Part shown: piece after piece, positions 26,725 through 38,763 of the stretch | Position numbering within the stretch: position 1 is the stretch's first letter | Layout: each line of letters starts with the position of its first letter | The notes under the pieces: model-generated | Told to the model about the DNA's origin: nothing | Seen by the model: the letters and a program-made list of their open reading frames with translations, nothing else | Databases searched by the model: none | Source: Xanthobacteraceae bacterium | GTDB lineage: Bacteria; Pseudomonadota; Alphaproteobacteria; Rhizobiales; Xanthobacteraceae | Reading direction: 5' to 3' | Length of the DNA stretch: 64,000 nucleotides | Assembly: GCA_036267435.1 (NCBI GenBank) | Contig: DATAWA010000259.1 | Coordinates: 7,852-71,851, forward strand | Translations under genes and position numbers: made by a program

Positions 26725-27921
26725 TCAAACCAATTGCCCGCGCACCCATTCGAGCTCGCGGCACAAATTATCGACGATGTCGCCCTTCTTGAGGTTCTCC
26801 GGCAGCACGTCCCAGGTATAGGTCTCGACTTCGAGATGGCGCGATAAGGGCTTTTGCTTGTGGAAGCGCAAGCCGTCCTCGATGGCAAAGCGCGTGGTGC
26901 GGAACGCCCCGAGATCGTCGAGAAACACCGGCACGTGGATGTGGGTGCGCCATTCGCGCGGCCCCGGGTCTTTCTCGAATTCGGCGATGGCGTCGTCGAC
27001 GTTGAGGAATTTCGTGAGCTTGCCGTCTTTCTTCTGAATCGTCTGCGTCAGATAAATCGTCTTGGCATAGCGCTTGAGCGTATTGGCGACGTCCTGCGTG
27101 ACTTCCGGGATATGCAGGGCCGCGGCTTCCTGGAATTTGAAGATCGGCACGCCGCCGTCGATGAGCTTCTGACAGGACTCCGCGATATTCTCGTATTCGA
27201 CCGCCTGATGACAGATGTCGTAGACGATGCCGACATGGCGCCGCAATGCCTCATTGGCCTCGGAGATGGGCACATGCGCCAGCTTGGCGAGCTTTTCGAC
27301 CGCCGCGCCGCAATAGAGCCGATCGCGAAAATATGCGATGGTCTCGTCGGTGGTTTCGAGAAAGCAATAGGGCTCCGGCTCGAGCGCGAGCTGCACGCAG
27401 CGGCCGGTCTTGTCCTCGAGCGCGATGAGATGGGCGACCACGCGCAGCACGTGGTCGGTATAGCTGTCGATCACGTCGTTGCCGGTCACCCGCGGCTTGA
27501 AGCCGAGTGGCGCGCTTTGGATCGACGGCGCGATGCCGGCCGGGCAGACGTCGGCCAGCACATTGGCGACATTGATGGTGTATTGGGTGCGTTCCTCGCC
27601 GCGCCAATCCGGCTCGTAGACCTGCTCCTTCACCTTCTCGCCCTTGAAATGGCCGTAGACGAAGGCGTTGGCGGTGTAGATGTACATATCGTTGTCGTCG
27701 AGAAACTTTTTCAGCTTGGCGCGTTCGGCCGGGCTGTTGGCGAGCGTTTCCGCCGAGCTTGCCGAGAGCCGGATGCAGACGCCGAACGCCTTATTGCCGG
27801 CGATCCGCGCTTTCACCTTCGGCAGATAGGTGGTGAGCGAATTATAGAGCTGCTCCCAATTGTCGGCCGGATGCACCAGCGTCGAATAGGTCAAATGGCC
27901 GAGGCCGTTGCCGAGATCCAT
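26725..27921 (-). CDS. xylose-isomerase-like TIM-barrel protein (EboE-like)
   Basis: The 398-aa protein starts LGHLTYSTLVHPADNWEQ...FGVCIRLSASSAETL. By recollection this resembles the EboE-type sugar-phosphate isomerase/epimerase family. No other ebo genes are nearby. Confidence 0.55.
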   Translation of the reverse strand: MDLGNGLGHLTYSTLVHPADNWEQLYNSLTTYLPKVKARIAGNKAFGVCIRLSASSAETLANSPAERAKLKKFLDDNDMYIYTANAFVYGHFKGEKVKEQVYEPDWRGEERTQYTINVANVLADVCPAGIAPSIQSAPLGFKPRVTGNDVIDSYTDHVLRVVAHLIALEDKTGRCVQLALEPEPYCFLETTDETIAYFRDRLYCGAAVEKLAKLAHVPISEANEALRRHVGIVYDICHQAVEYENIAESCQKLIDGGVPIFKFQEAAALHIPEVTQDVANTLKRYAKTIYLTQTIQKKDGKLTKFLNVDDAIAEFEKDPGPREWRTHIHVPVFLDDLGAFRTTRFAIEDGLRFHKQKPLSRHLEVETYTWDVLPENLKKGDIVDNLCRELEWVRGQLV

Positions 27922-27950
27922 AGTGACTGTCCTGTTTTGTCCTGCGCTTT

Positions 27951-28115
27951 TCCCGGGCGCAGCGCAGCACCATTAGCGCGTTTACGCGCGTCTTGCGCGC
28001 TATGGTGATGCGCTGCAGACCCGGGATCGTCGCGCGCTCGGCGCATCGAAGCACCGAGCTTGTTAAGACCCCGGATCAGCGGTGCACCGCTTGCGCGCTG
28101 CACCGCGTCCGGGGA
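27951..28115. repeat. REP-like inverted repeats (family C, three units)
   Basis: The units tcccgggcgcagcgcagcaccat (27951-27973), atggtgatgcgctgcagacccggga (28002-28026) and accccggatcagcggtgcaccgcttgcgcgctgcaccgcgtccgggga (28068-28115) share the gcgctgcac / cccgg(g/a) cores in alternating orientation. Confidence 0.75.
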
Positions 28116-28131
28116 ACGTGTCGATTCACTT

Positions 28132-29160
28132 TCAATGAACCTTCTCGACCGTCTCCGATTTTGCGGCGCGCACGATCGCTTCGGTCACGGCGACGCCGTG
28201 GATCATCTGGTCGTAGGGAATGGGATAAGCCTGTCCACCCTGCGCCGCTTTGGCAAAGGCTTCGAGCGCGGCGCGCGAGACGTCAAGCTTCGCCGCCTGC
28301 CAGGTCTTGGCCTCGCCCTTGATCGGCTGGAATTTGCAGGTGCCGAACAGATTCGTACGGCGTTCCTCCGAGGACGCGCCGGCGACATGGGTGACGCCTT
28401 CAAGCCGCAGCCAGCCCTTCGATCCGAACACCTGGAAGGAGAAGCCCGGTCCCGTGGTGGTCATGGTGCCGAGATAGCCCGACATGCCCTCTTTCATGCG
28501 GAACAGGATCGAGGTGGTGTCGTCGGCGTCGATCGGCGCGGCGCGGCGGAAGCTTTGCGCAAACACGTGGTCGATCGGCCCGCATAGGTCGATCATGCCG
28601 TCCACGGCATGCACGCCCATCGGCATCAGCCCGCCGGCGGGCGTCTCGTGCGGGTCGGCGCGCCAATGGCCGGGATTGATAAATAGCACATTGGGAAAAG
28701 TCATGGTCGCTTCGACATGCAAGATGATGCCGAGCTCGCCGGTGCGGATCATCTCGCGCAGCTTGACGATTTCAGGGTGAAGCCGCCGATTATAGCCCAG
28801 ACCAAGCGTCACGCCGGCCTTCTGCACGGCGGCCACCGCGTCTTCGGCCTCGCGCTTGGTCAGTGTGAACGGCTTCTCGCAGAATACGTGTTTGCCGGCG
28901 GCCGCCGCGGCCACGACTTGCTTGCCGTGCATCGAGTGCGGGGTCGCCAGCACCACCGCGTCGACGGACTTATCGGCGAGGATTGCGTCGTAATTGGCTT
29001 CGAGCTTGAAGCCTTGCTTCTTGGCAAAGGCTTCGGTGTCCGCCGTAACGGTGCGCGTCGTGCCGGCGACGAAACGGATCGTGTCGGAATTTTCCGCCGA
29101 TTCGACGACCGTTTTGCCCCACCAGCCGAGCCCGACGATGGCCGCTCTGATCATTGCCAA
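28132..29160 (-). CDS. Gfo/Idh/MocA family oxidoreductase
   Basis: IRAAIVGLGWWGK is the N-terminal Rossmann motif and EKPFTLT is the family EKP motif. Confidence 0.85.
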   Translation of the reverse strand: MAMIRAAIVGLGWWGKTVVESAENSDTIRFVAGTTRTVTADTEAFAKKQGFKLEANYDAILADKSVDAVVLATPHSMHGKQVVAAAAAGKHVFCEKPFTLTKREAEDAVAAVQKAGVTLGLGYNRRLHPEIVKLREMIRTGELGIILHVEATMTFPNVLFINPGHWRADPHETPAGGLMPMGVHAVDGMIDLCGPIDHVFAQSFRRAAPIDADDTTSILFRMKEGMSGYLGTMTTTGPGFSFQVFGSKGWLRLEGVTHVAGASSEERRTNLFGTCKFQPIKGEAKTWQAAKLDVSRAALEAFAKAAQGGQAYPIPYDQMIHGVAVTEAIVRAAKSETVEKVH

Positions 29161-29181
29161 TACTCCCTGACGCCGCTTTGG

Positions 29182-29589
29182 CTATTTGAACGGCAGAAAC
29201 GACATGGACTCGGCGGAATAATGCATCGCCACGATCAGGCAGCAGATCGCCCAGAACACGCAATATTCAAAGCCGCCGATATTCCACAGCCATTTGCAGT
29301 TCGTCACCTTCCACACCGCCGCGGCGGCAATCAGAAGATGGATGCAGGCCAGAACGCCCGCGTAGAACGGCAGGATGGCAAAGATCAAGCCGGCGGCCAA
29401 AATCGTCTCGATGATGCAGGCGGTGTACATCCACACGGCCGGCGGATTGAACTTCGCCGCCTTGAAGAAGCCGAGCGCCTCCGGAACGAAGAATTTGGCG
29501 TAGATGTGAGGGATGAAGAACAGCCCGCAGATCAGGCGCAGGATATTGATGCCCTGCGTGAGATCGAAATTCTCGAGATACCCCGACAT
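29182..29589 (-). CDS. DoxX-like integral membrane protein
   Basis: The 135-aa protein has four hydrophobic segments, and LRLICGLFFIPHIYAKF resembles DoxX family starts. Confidence 0.65.
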   Translation of the reverse strand: MSGYLENFDLTQGINILRLICGLFFIPHIYAKFFVPEALGFFKAAKFNPPAVWMYTACIIETILAAGLIFAILPFYAGVLACIHLLIAAAAVWKVTNCKWLWNIGGFEYCVFWAICCLIVAMHYSAESMSFLPFK

Positions 29590-29701
29590 GGTCCTGTTCG
29601 GCCCTCCCCGGCTTTACTTGGTCGTTGGCTCGGACGCTCGCTTCGGCCCCTACTTAGCCCGGCCGGCGCGATATTGCCATCGGCGAAGCAGGCGCCGCGG
29701 C

Positions 29702-30415
29702 TTAGGCGTCCAATTCCTTGAAATACCGGTAGATGCCCCATTGCGAAAACGGAATGCGCCGCTTCGACGCGAGATAGGCTTTGATCCGCGGGCGCGCCGC
29801 CACCCGGTCGCGCAGCGAGACCAGCCCGGGAATTTTCTTCTCGTAGCGCTTCATCCGCTTGGGAAAGGCATAGCGCAGACCTTCGACGATCTGGAACAGC
29901 GACAAGTCGACGTAGCTGAGCGAACGGCCGACCGCATAGCGGCCGCCGTTCTGCTGCAGCACGCGCTCGAAATAGCCCATCATCTTCGGCACCTGGTAGC
30001 GCCAGAAATCCTTGGTGCGGCGCTTGGCGGAGGCCCGCTGCTCCTCGAAATAGAGCCACCCCGACACCGGGTGATGGGTGTCGTGGATGCGCACCACCAG
30101 ATCGGAAATCGTGAGCTGCAATTGATGCGCCCACAGCCGCTCCGCCTCGTCACGCGGCGCCAGCTTCAACCGCGGACCGAGAAAGAATAAAATCTCCGCG
30201 GTCTGCGCCACGACGAACTTGCCGGCCTTGAGGAACGGCGGCGCATAAGGCGGATGCGCGATGCCTTTGCCGTCCAACAACGCCGTCATTTTCGCCATGC
30301 CGCGCTTGCCACCGCGCGCGACATCGACGTAATCGGCGCCGGCTTCCTCCAAAGCGAGCCGGACGAATTCGCCGCGGCCCTGAATGCTCGGCCAGTAATA
30401 AAGCTCGTAGCGCAT
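29702..30415 (-). CDS. glutathione S-transferase family protein
   Basis: MRYELYYWPSIQGRGEFVRLALEEAG is a thioredoxin-like N-domain. The GST C-domain length fits. Confidence 0.8.
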   Translation of the reverse strand: MRYELYYWPSIQGRGEFVRLALEEAGADYVDVARGGKRGMAKMTALLDGKGIAHPPYAPPFLKAGKFVVAQTAEILFFLGPRLKLAPRDEAERLWAHQLQLTISDLVVRIHDTHHPVSGWLYFEEQRASAKRRTKDFWRYQVPKMMGYFERVLQQNGGRYAVGRSLSYVDLSLFQIVEGLRYAFPKRMKRYEKKIPGLVSLRDRVAARPRIKAYLASKRRIPFSQWGIYRYFKELDA

Positions 30416-30450
30416 ATTAGCCTCGATCGGCCCAGCTTTCCTTACCCCTC

Positions 30451-30524
30451 GTCCCCGCGGAAGCGGGAACCCAGCTCACAATCGACGTCTGCACTCTTTG
30501 GATTCCCGCTTGCGCGGGAATGAG
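30451..30524. repeat. REP-like inverted hairpin pair (family D)
   Basis: gtccccgcggaagcgggaacccag (30451-30474) and ggattcccgcttgcgcgggaatgag (30500-30524) each form a cccgc-N4-gcggg hairpin. They are in opposite orientation. Confidence 0.8.
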
Positions 30525-30535
30525 CGAAGGAGGTC

Positions 30536-30934
30536 CTACGCCGCCTTGTATTGCTCGTCGGTCACCGGCTCCATCCAGGTCACGTGCTTGCCGTCGAGCG
30601 CTTCCTGCATGGCGACGTGCACCATATTCGTCGTCGGTGCGGCGCCGTGCCAATGCTTTTCGCTCGGCGGAATCCACACGACGTCGCCGCCTTTGATTTC
30701 GCGCACCGGGCCGCCCCAGGTCTGCACGCGGCCGCAACCGGACACGACGAAGAGCGTCTGGCCGAGCGGATGGGTGTGCCAGTGGGTCCGCGCGCCCGGC
30801 TCGAACCGCACCAGGCCTGAGCGGAGCAGCGCCGGCGCCGGCGCCTCGATGATCGGCTCCTGCCAGACCACGCCGGTGAAACTATCGGGCGGCCCCCGCC
30901 GCGACGGCACCGAACCGCACACTTTAATGTCCAT
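30536..30934 (-). CDS. cupin domain protein
   Basis: GARTHWHTHPLGQTLFVVSG...WHGA is the classic cupin motif 1/2 arrangement. The protein is 132 aa. Confidence 0.8.
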   Translation of the reverse strand: MDIKVCGSVPSRRGPPDSFTGVVWQEPIIEAPAPALLRSGLVRFEPGARTHWHTHPLGQTLFVVSGCGRVQTWGGPVREIKGGDVVWIPPSEKHWHGAAPTTNMVHVAMQEALDGKHVTWMEPVTDEQYKAA

Positions 30935-31010
30935 GACGCTTCTCTCCCTATTGCGTGGCCGGCCGGCTCGTCCCGCGAGCCGCCGGCGATCACAAGTCTA
31001 ATGAAAAACC

Positions 31011-31070
31011 GCGCCGAATACTGCGCCAAATACTGGGGCGAATACTGCGGCGAATACTGCGGCGATTACC
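31011..31070. repeat. 12-bp tandem repeat, 5 copies (consensus cggcgaatactg)
   Basis: The copies read cgccgaatactg / cgccaaatactg / gggcgaatactg / cggcgaatactg / cggcgattaccg. They lie in the 155-bp gap between the tctC-like stop (31090) and the cupin start (30934). Confidence 0.9.
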
Positions 31071-31089
31071 GCTGTATGTGCGACCGTGT

Positions 31090-32067
31090 TCACTCCGCAT
31101 GCAGCCCGGCGTCCTTGATGACCTTGCTCCAGGTCGCCATCTCGTCCTTGAAGAATTGCGTGCATTGTTCCGGCGAATTGCCGATACCGACATAGGCCAT
31201 CGACGCCAATTTCGCTTTGACGTCCGGCGCAGCCAGGCCTTTGACGATCATGCCGTTGAGCTTGGCGATGATGTCTTTCGGCGTGCCGGCCGGCGCCACC
31301 ACCGCGGTCCAGGTCGCGCCGACCACTTCGGGGAAACCCGCTTCCGCCATGGTGGGAACGTCGGGCAACGACGGCGCCCGTTCCTTCCCAGTGACCGCCA
31401 GCGCGCGCAGCTGACCGGACTTGATGAGCGGCAGCGCCGGCGCCAGAGCGCCGAAAGAGAGCTGGGTGTGGCCCCCCACTGTCGCCTCGACCGCGACACC
31501 GCCGCCGTCGAACGGCACATGCACGAGATCGAGCTTGAGCGCCTGGGTGAACAGCGAGCCGACGAGCTGCGGCGGCGTGCCGGTGCCCGGCGACGCGAAG
31601 CTGAATTTGCCCGGCGTCGCGCGAATGAGTTCCACCAGCTCCTTGACCGAATGGGCCGGCACCGAGGGATTGATCGCCAGCACCACTGGGGTCGAGGAGC
31701 CGAGCGTCACAGCGTCGAAGCTCTTGAGCGGATCGTAGGGCACGTGATTATAGAGAAATGGATTGTTGGTCAGATTACCGCCGGTGACCAGCAGCGTGTA
31801 ACCGTCCGGCGCCGCTTGCGCCGCCCGTCCCGCTCCGACATCGCCGCCGGCGCCGGGCACGTTCTCAATGAAGAAATTCTTGCCGCTCTCCTCGCTGAGC
31901 TTTTGCGCGATCAGGCGCGCGAACAGATCGGTCGGGCCGCCCGGCTGGAAGCCGACGATGAGCTTGACCGGCCGATCCGGATAACTGTCCGCCCCTGCCG
32001 CGTTGGCAGCCGCGCTCATGGCACCGGCCGCAATCAACAATAACGCCGCTACTACGTGTTTTTTCAT
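31090..32067 (-). CDS. Bug/TctC family tripartite tricarboxylate transporter substrate-binding protein
   Basis: A signal peptide is followed by YPDRPVKLIVGFQPGGPTDLFAR..., the hallmark Bug-family start. No tctA or tctB is adjacent. Confidence 0.85.
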   Translation of the reverse strand: MKKHVVAALLLIAAGAMSAAANAAGADSYPDRPVKLIVGFQPGGPTDLFARLIAQKLSEESGKNFFIENVPGAGGDVGAGRAAQAAPDGYTLLVTGGNLTNNPFLYNHVPYDPLKSFDAVTLGSSTPVVLAINPSVPAHSVKELVELIRATPGKFSFASPGTGTPPQLVGSLFTQALKLDLVHVPFDGGGVAVEATVGGHTQLSFGALAPALPLIKSGQLRALAVTGKERAPSLPDVPTMAEAGFPEVVGATWTAVVAPAGTPKDIIAKLNGMIVKGLAAPDVKAKLASMAYVGIGNSPEQCTQFFKDEMATWSKVIKDAGLHAE

Positions 32068-32132
32068 GGTGTTTCCTCAGCCTAGTATCCCCAACTCTAA
32101 CATTATTATTCTTTATCGCTGCGACAGACGTC

Positions 32133-32483
32133 TTATTTCTTGCACGGCCACGTCTTGACCATGGCTTCGTTGGCGAGAAGCCTGAAATCCTCGTCCTTAC
32201 GCTGCGGATGACCCTCGATATAAGCGACGATCGCCTGCACCCGCTGCAGAGTGCTGGCAGCCTCCGGGGGGCAAAACATCTTGGTATCCAGATTAAGCGC
32301 GTCGAGCACTTCGACCGCACCCACGCACCGCCCGCTGAAGAAATCGGATTTGCCGGCGAGATAGTCCTTGCAGCCCGAAAGATAAAAGTCCGCGCTATAG
32401 GTACGCGAGACGGCTGACGAAGCGTCGGCCGTCGAATAAAACACTCCGGCGAGGGCTGCGGCAATCGCCAGTAATTTGCTCAT
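32133..32483 (-). CDS. periplasmic Rap1a/Tai4-like protein (putative T6SS-immunity-type fold), orphan
   Basis: A signal peptide is followed by C-x..-G-x-C ... FCPPEAASTLQRVQAIVAYIEGHPQRKDEDF..ANEAMVKTWPC. This Cys spacing and the hPe-type helix match my recollection of the Rap1a/Tai4 family. Confidence 0.45.
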   Translation of the reverse strand: MSKLLAIAAALAGVFYSTADASSAVSRTYSADFYLSGCKDYLAGKSDFFSGRCVGAVEVLDALNLDTKMFCPPEAASTLQRVQAIVAYIEGHPQRKDEDFRLLANEAMVKTWPCKK

Positions 32484-32564
32484 TCGTAACCCCATTGCTT
32501 TATCATCTGCTACATCATCGTGCGGCCGAGTGGTATTATCGTCCCGCGGAGCGAGGGTGCCCCG

Positions 32565-32765
32565 ATGTCGCGTAGCCTGTCACATTTCGCGTTGCGAGTC
32601 GCGCGTCACGCGAGCCGGCGTGGATCGCGGTTCGTCCTGCTCTTGCTGGCGCTAACCGGCTTCGGCCTTGCGCTCGCCGGCTGCTCGAAATGCGATGTGC
32701 CGAACCTGCTGCCGCACCAAGCCGGCCCGCAGTCATGCCATGACGGTCCGGACCCGCAATCGTAG
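32565..32765 (+). CDS. small putative lipoprotein
   Basis: GAGGG lies 7 nt before the ATG. A positively charged N-region and hydrophobic core precede the lipobox LAGC. TATTAT lies about 25 nt upstream. I recognise no family. Confidence 0.45.
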   Translation: MSRSLSHFALRVARHASRRGSRFVLLLLALTGFGLALAGCSKCDVPNLLPHQAGPQSCHDGPDPQS

Positions 32766-32824
32766 GGACGCCGGCTTTGTTAGGCGGCCGGAGCGCGCAA
32801 AGTCGAACGCTTAAAGACCGGCAA

Positions 32825-33403
32825 TTATTTCGGATGTCCGAGCCCATCGTCGGCGGGCTGATCGGCCGTCATTTCCAGACTCGGCGCTTCATCGAAATCG
32901 GGCAGCGCCTCGTGGCGCGGCCTGCCATAAGCGTCGGCCAGCTCCCGTGGCGACATGTCGGCGCCGGGGACCGCCTCGTCATCGCGCCACCAGGTCCGGA
33001 TCAACCGGCCAAGCATGACGATCAGTGCAAGCTGGAACAGCAGCCCAAGCACCGACGCAACGCTATTCAATTCCATGATCACGCCGTGGCCGAACAAGAG
33101 GCCGATAAGCCCGGCGCCGAGGAAGCCCGCGGCAAACGCGCCGATCAGGTCGCCGCGATTGAAAAATTCGCCGAGCGTCCCACCCGGATAGCTCTGCTGC
33201 ACGGCGGTGGGAACGAACGGCTCGTCAAAATCGGCGAGGTCGCCGCTGGTCATACTATTGATGACGAAGACGGCGGTGGCGCCGGCGCCGGCCAAGCTCA
33301 GACCGTCGCCGATACGCCGCGCATCGGCGTCCTCGGCCCAGAGCAACAGCCCCAGTGTCAGCGCGACAAGCGTTGCCAGCGACGGCAGCCATCGTGCCGG
33401 CAT
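32825..33403 (-). CDS. membrane protein, unknown function
   Basis: It has an N-terminal TM/signal segment and two further Gly-rich TM segments (GAFAAGFLGAGLIGLLFG, VLGLLFQLALIVMLG). The C-terminus is acidic. It was trimmed to MPARW. Confidence 0.5.
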   Translation of the reverse strand: MPARWLPSLATLVALTLGLLLWAEDADARRIGDGLSLAGAGATAVFVINSMTSGDLADFDEPFVPTAVQQSYPGGTLGEFFNRGDLIGAFAAGFLGAGLIGLLFGHGVIMELNSVASVLGLLFQLALIVMLGRLIRTWWRDDEAVPGADMSPRELADAYGRPRHEALPDFDEAPSLEMTADQPADDGLGHPK

Positions 33404-33685
33404 CTGCGCCCTACCGAGGAAAAATCGCTCCAAAGGAACCTTCTCTGAGACATGCCGTGCGAGCAGCGACGCCGGCCCCCTGCCGCTTTCGGACGGCGCT
33501 GCCAATTATCTACGCCCACGGAAAGAGAACCCGGCCTGCGCAAAGCGTCGCACGCGCGCATGCCGCAGAGGAGAGCTGCGTCACAGGATTGGCCGCGAGA
33601 TGGATTTATCGAGAAATGTCGCTTTATCGGAAAATAACGCCATCAAATCGTGAGATTAATCCCCGCGATGCCGACGCGCGGAAGC

Positions 33686-36355
<2,670 letters not shown>

Positions 36356-36421
36356 GCCCCGCTTTCAGCCTTCCACGCTCGAATCGCGCGACGGATCGGA
36401 ACAAATCTACACGGTTAGGGC

Positions 36422-36490
36422 GCGATCCGGAAAACGCCCGCCGCGGACTTGATCCGGGCTAAACACCGGCTTTCCGAAAACATCATGCCC
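36422..36490. repeat. degenerate copy of REP family A
   Basis: gatccggaaaacg ... caccggctttccgaaaacatcatgcc resembles gatccggaaaag...accggttttccgaaaagatcatgc, with an insertion. Confidence 0.5.
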
Positions 36491-36522
36491 CACCAAACCG
36501 TTAGACCGCCAATCGATCACGC

Positions 36523-37599
36523 TTAAGCCCCCCGCGGCACGGCGCGGCGCAGCCGCATCACATAACCGATGATTTCGGCAACCGCGCGGTAGTGCTCCTG
36601 CGGAATTTCCTGATCGATCTCCACGGTGCCGTGCAACGCCCGCGCCAAAGGCGGATTCTCGACGATTGGAATATCGTGGGCTTCCGCCACTTCGCGGATC
36701 TTGCGGGCGATCAGATCGGCGCCTTTGGCGACGCACAGTGGCGCATTCATGCCGCGCTCGTATTGCAGCGCGACCGCAAAGTGCGTCGGGTTGGTGATGA
36801 CCACCGAGGCTTTCGGGACCTGGGCCATCATGCGCTTGCGCGCGCGGGCGGCGCGCAGCTGCCGGATCTTGCCCTTGACGGCGGGATCGCCCTCGCTCTG
36901 GCGATACTCCTCCTTCATCTCCCGCACCGACATTTTATGCCGTTCGAACCACTGCCGGTATTGAAACAGGTAATCGGCCGCCGCGACCATGCCGAGGATC
37001 GCCACCACCGTGCCCAGCATTTTCATGGCGAGCGCCTGCGTAAACGGCAGGATCAGGGTCGGGTCTACGGCGACCAGGCTGACGATGCGCTGGCGTTGCG
37101 GCCATAACAGCGCGCCGATCACCGTTCCGAACAGCGCCAGCTTGGCGAGGCCCTTGGCGAAATTGGCGAGCGCCTGCCGGGAAAACAGGCGGCGCAGGCC
37201 GGCGCCGGGCGAAATCCGGGACAATTGCGGCATGACCGGATCGAACGAGAACAGAATGCGATGCTGGATGGCGTTGCCAAGAAGCGCGGCGAGCGCGAGC
37301 AACAGTATCGGGATGCCAAGCGCCGCCAGCACGCGCATGGCCAGGACCCTGGCGAGATTATCGAGCGCCCACGCGTCGGTCGGAATATCGCCGGCGTGCA
37401 TCAAGACGCCGCGAAACGTCGCCTCCAGGTTGGCCGCCATGGGGCCTCCGAACACCATCAGCATCAGCGCGCCGCCGCCGATGGTGAACCAGGTGGAGAC
37501 TTCGACACTCTTGACCACGTCGCCGCGCCGGATCGCTTCTTCGAGCCGGCGCGGTGTCGGGTCTTCGGTATGCTCGGTATCGTCGCGTTCGTCGGCCAT
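36523..37599 (-). CDS. flhB: flagellar type III export protein FlhB
   Basis: TEDPTPRRLEEAIRRGDV is at the N-terminus, and the autocleavage NPTH motif is present (VITNPTHFAVAL). Confidence 0.9.
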   Translation of the reverse strand: MADERDDTEHTEDPTPRRLEEAIRRGDVVKSVEVSTWFTIGGGALMLMVFGGPMAANLEATFRGVLMHAGDIPTDAWALDNLARVLAMRVLAALGIPILLLALAALLGNAIQHRILFSFDPVMPQLSRISPGAGLRRLFSRQALANFAKGLAKLALFGTVIGALLWPQRQRIVSLVAVDPTLILPFTQALAMKMLGTVVAILGMVAAADYLFQYRQWFERHKMSVREMKEEYRQSEGDPAVKGKIRQLRAARARKRMMAQVPKASVVITNPTHFAVALQYERGMNAPLCVAKGADLIARKIREVAEAHDIPIVENPPLARALHGTVEIDQEIPQEHYRAVAEIIGYVMRLRRAVPRGA

Positions 37600-37617
37600 C
37601 GCGCGCTGCCGTCGAGG

Positions 37618-38388
37618 TTAAGCGTGGGGCGCGAGCTGCGCCATCACGCCGCCGGCATAATCGAGAAACAGTCCCATCATCCCGCCGATCACCAGCAAGA
37701 GGAACAGAAAGCCGATCAGGATCGACAGCGGCAGCGCGATGAAGAACACCTGCATCTGCGGCATCAGCCGCGACAGCACGCCGAGACCGAGATTGAACAG
37801 AAGCCCGAACGCCAGAAACGGCGCCGAGAGCTGGATGCCGATCCGGAACGCGCCGGAAACCGTTTTCGTCATCAACGCCGCCACGTCGCCGGTGGCCGGC
37901 ACCTGGCCGGGCGCGAACAGCGTGTAGCTGTCGTTGAGCGCGGCAATGACGAGATAATGCATGTTGGTGGCGAAGAACAATGTGATGCCGAGCATGGTGA
38001 AGAAGGTGCCGAGAATGACGCCTTGCTCGCCCTGAGTCGGATCGACCGCGGTGACGAAGCCTAAGCCCAGCTGCTGGGCGATGACCGAGCCCGCCACTTC
38101 CAGCGCCGAGATGGTGAGCCGCGCCGTCATTCCGAGCACCGCGCCGATGATGATCTCCTCGATCAGCATCACGATCGCGGGGGCGAGCGCGCCGGGCTCG
38201 ATGTGATAATCGCCGCGATGCAGCGGCCACAGCACCGCAGCGAGCATCAGCGCGATGGTCAGCCGCAGCCGCGCCGAAATCATCTGCTCGCCGAGCCCCG
38301 GCATCAGCATGACCATCGTGCCGGTGCGGGCGAAGATCAAAAGGAAGGCCGCTCCCATCGCCGGCAGATTGGAAATGTCGATGGTCAC
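37618..38388 (-). CDS. fliR: flagellar export protein FliR
   Basis: It is a 256-aa polytopic membrane protein with an FLLIFARTG start. It sits between fliQ and flhB. Confidence 0.9.
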   Translation of the reverse strand: MTIDISNLPAMGAAFLLIFARTGTMVMLMPGLGEQMISARLRLTIALMLAAVLWPLHRGDYHIEPGALAPAIVMLIEEIIIGAVLGMTARLTISALEVAGSVIAQQLGLGFVTAVDPTQGEQGVILGTFFTMLGITLFFATNMHYLVIAALNDSYTLFAPGQVPATGDVAALMTKTVSGAFRIGIQLSAPFLAFGLLFNLGLGVLSRLMPQMQVFFIALPLSILIGFLFLLLVIGGMMGLFLDYAGGVMAQLAPHA

Positions 38389-38442
38389 GCCGCCTCGTCT
38401 CCGTCACCCTGAACCGCCCGCGCGCGCGTGCCCCAAAGGGCG

Positions 38443-38706
38443 TTATCCGTTGGTGATGTGCGCGGCGATGCGAAGAAAATTGGCTTGCAGGGCGTCGGCC
38501 ATGAACGGCAGCGCCACCAATAGCGCGACGAAAATGGCCAGAATCTTCGGCACGAAGACCAGCGTCGATTCCTGGATCTGGGTGAGCGCCTGAAGCAGCG
38601 AGACCACGACGCCGACCACCAGCGCCACCAGCATCAGCGGCGCCGAGACGATCAGCAGCGTCTTGATCGCGTCGCGCGATACATCCAGAACTTCCGGGCC
38701 CGTCAT
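38443..38706 (-). CDS. fliQ: flagellar export protein FliQ
   Basis: The 87-aa protein contains SAPLMLVALVVGVVVSLLQALTQIQE, the FliQ signature. Confidence 0.9.
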   Translation of the reverse strand: MTGPEVLDVSRDAIKTLLIVSAPLMLVALVVGVVVSLLQALTQIQESTLVFVPKILAIFVALLVALPFMADALQANFLRIAAHITNG

Positions 38707-38763
38707 CGTTCTCGCCTCCTCATTTCATTCCCTTCCCCGCGCGGGGATAAGGTGATGGTTGTG

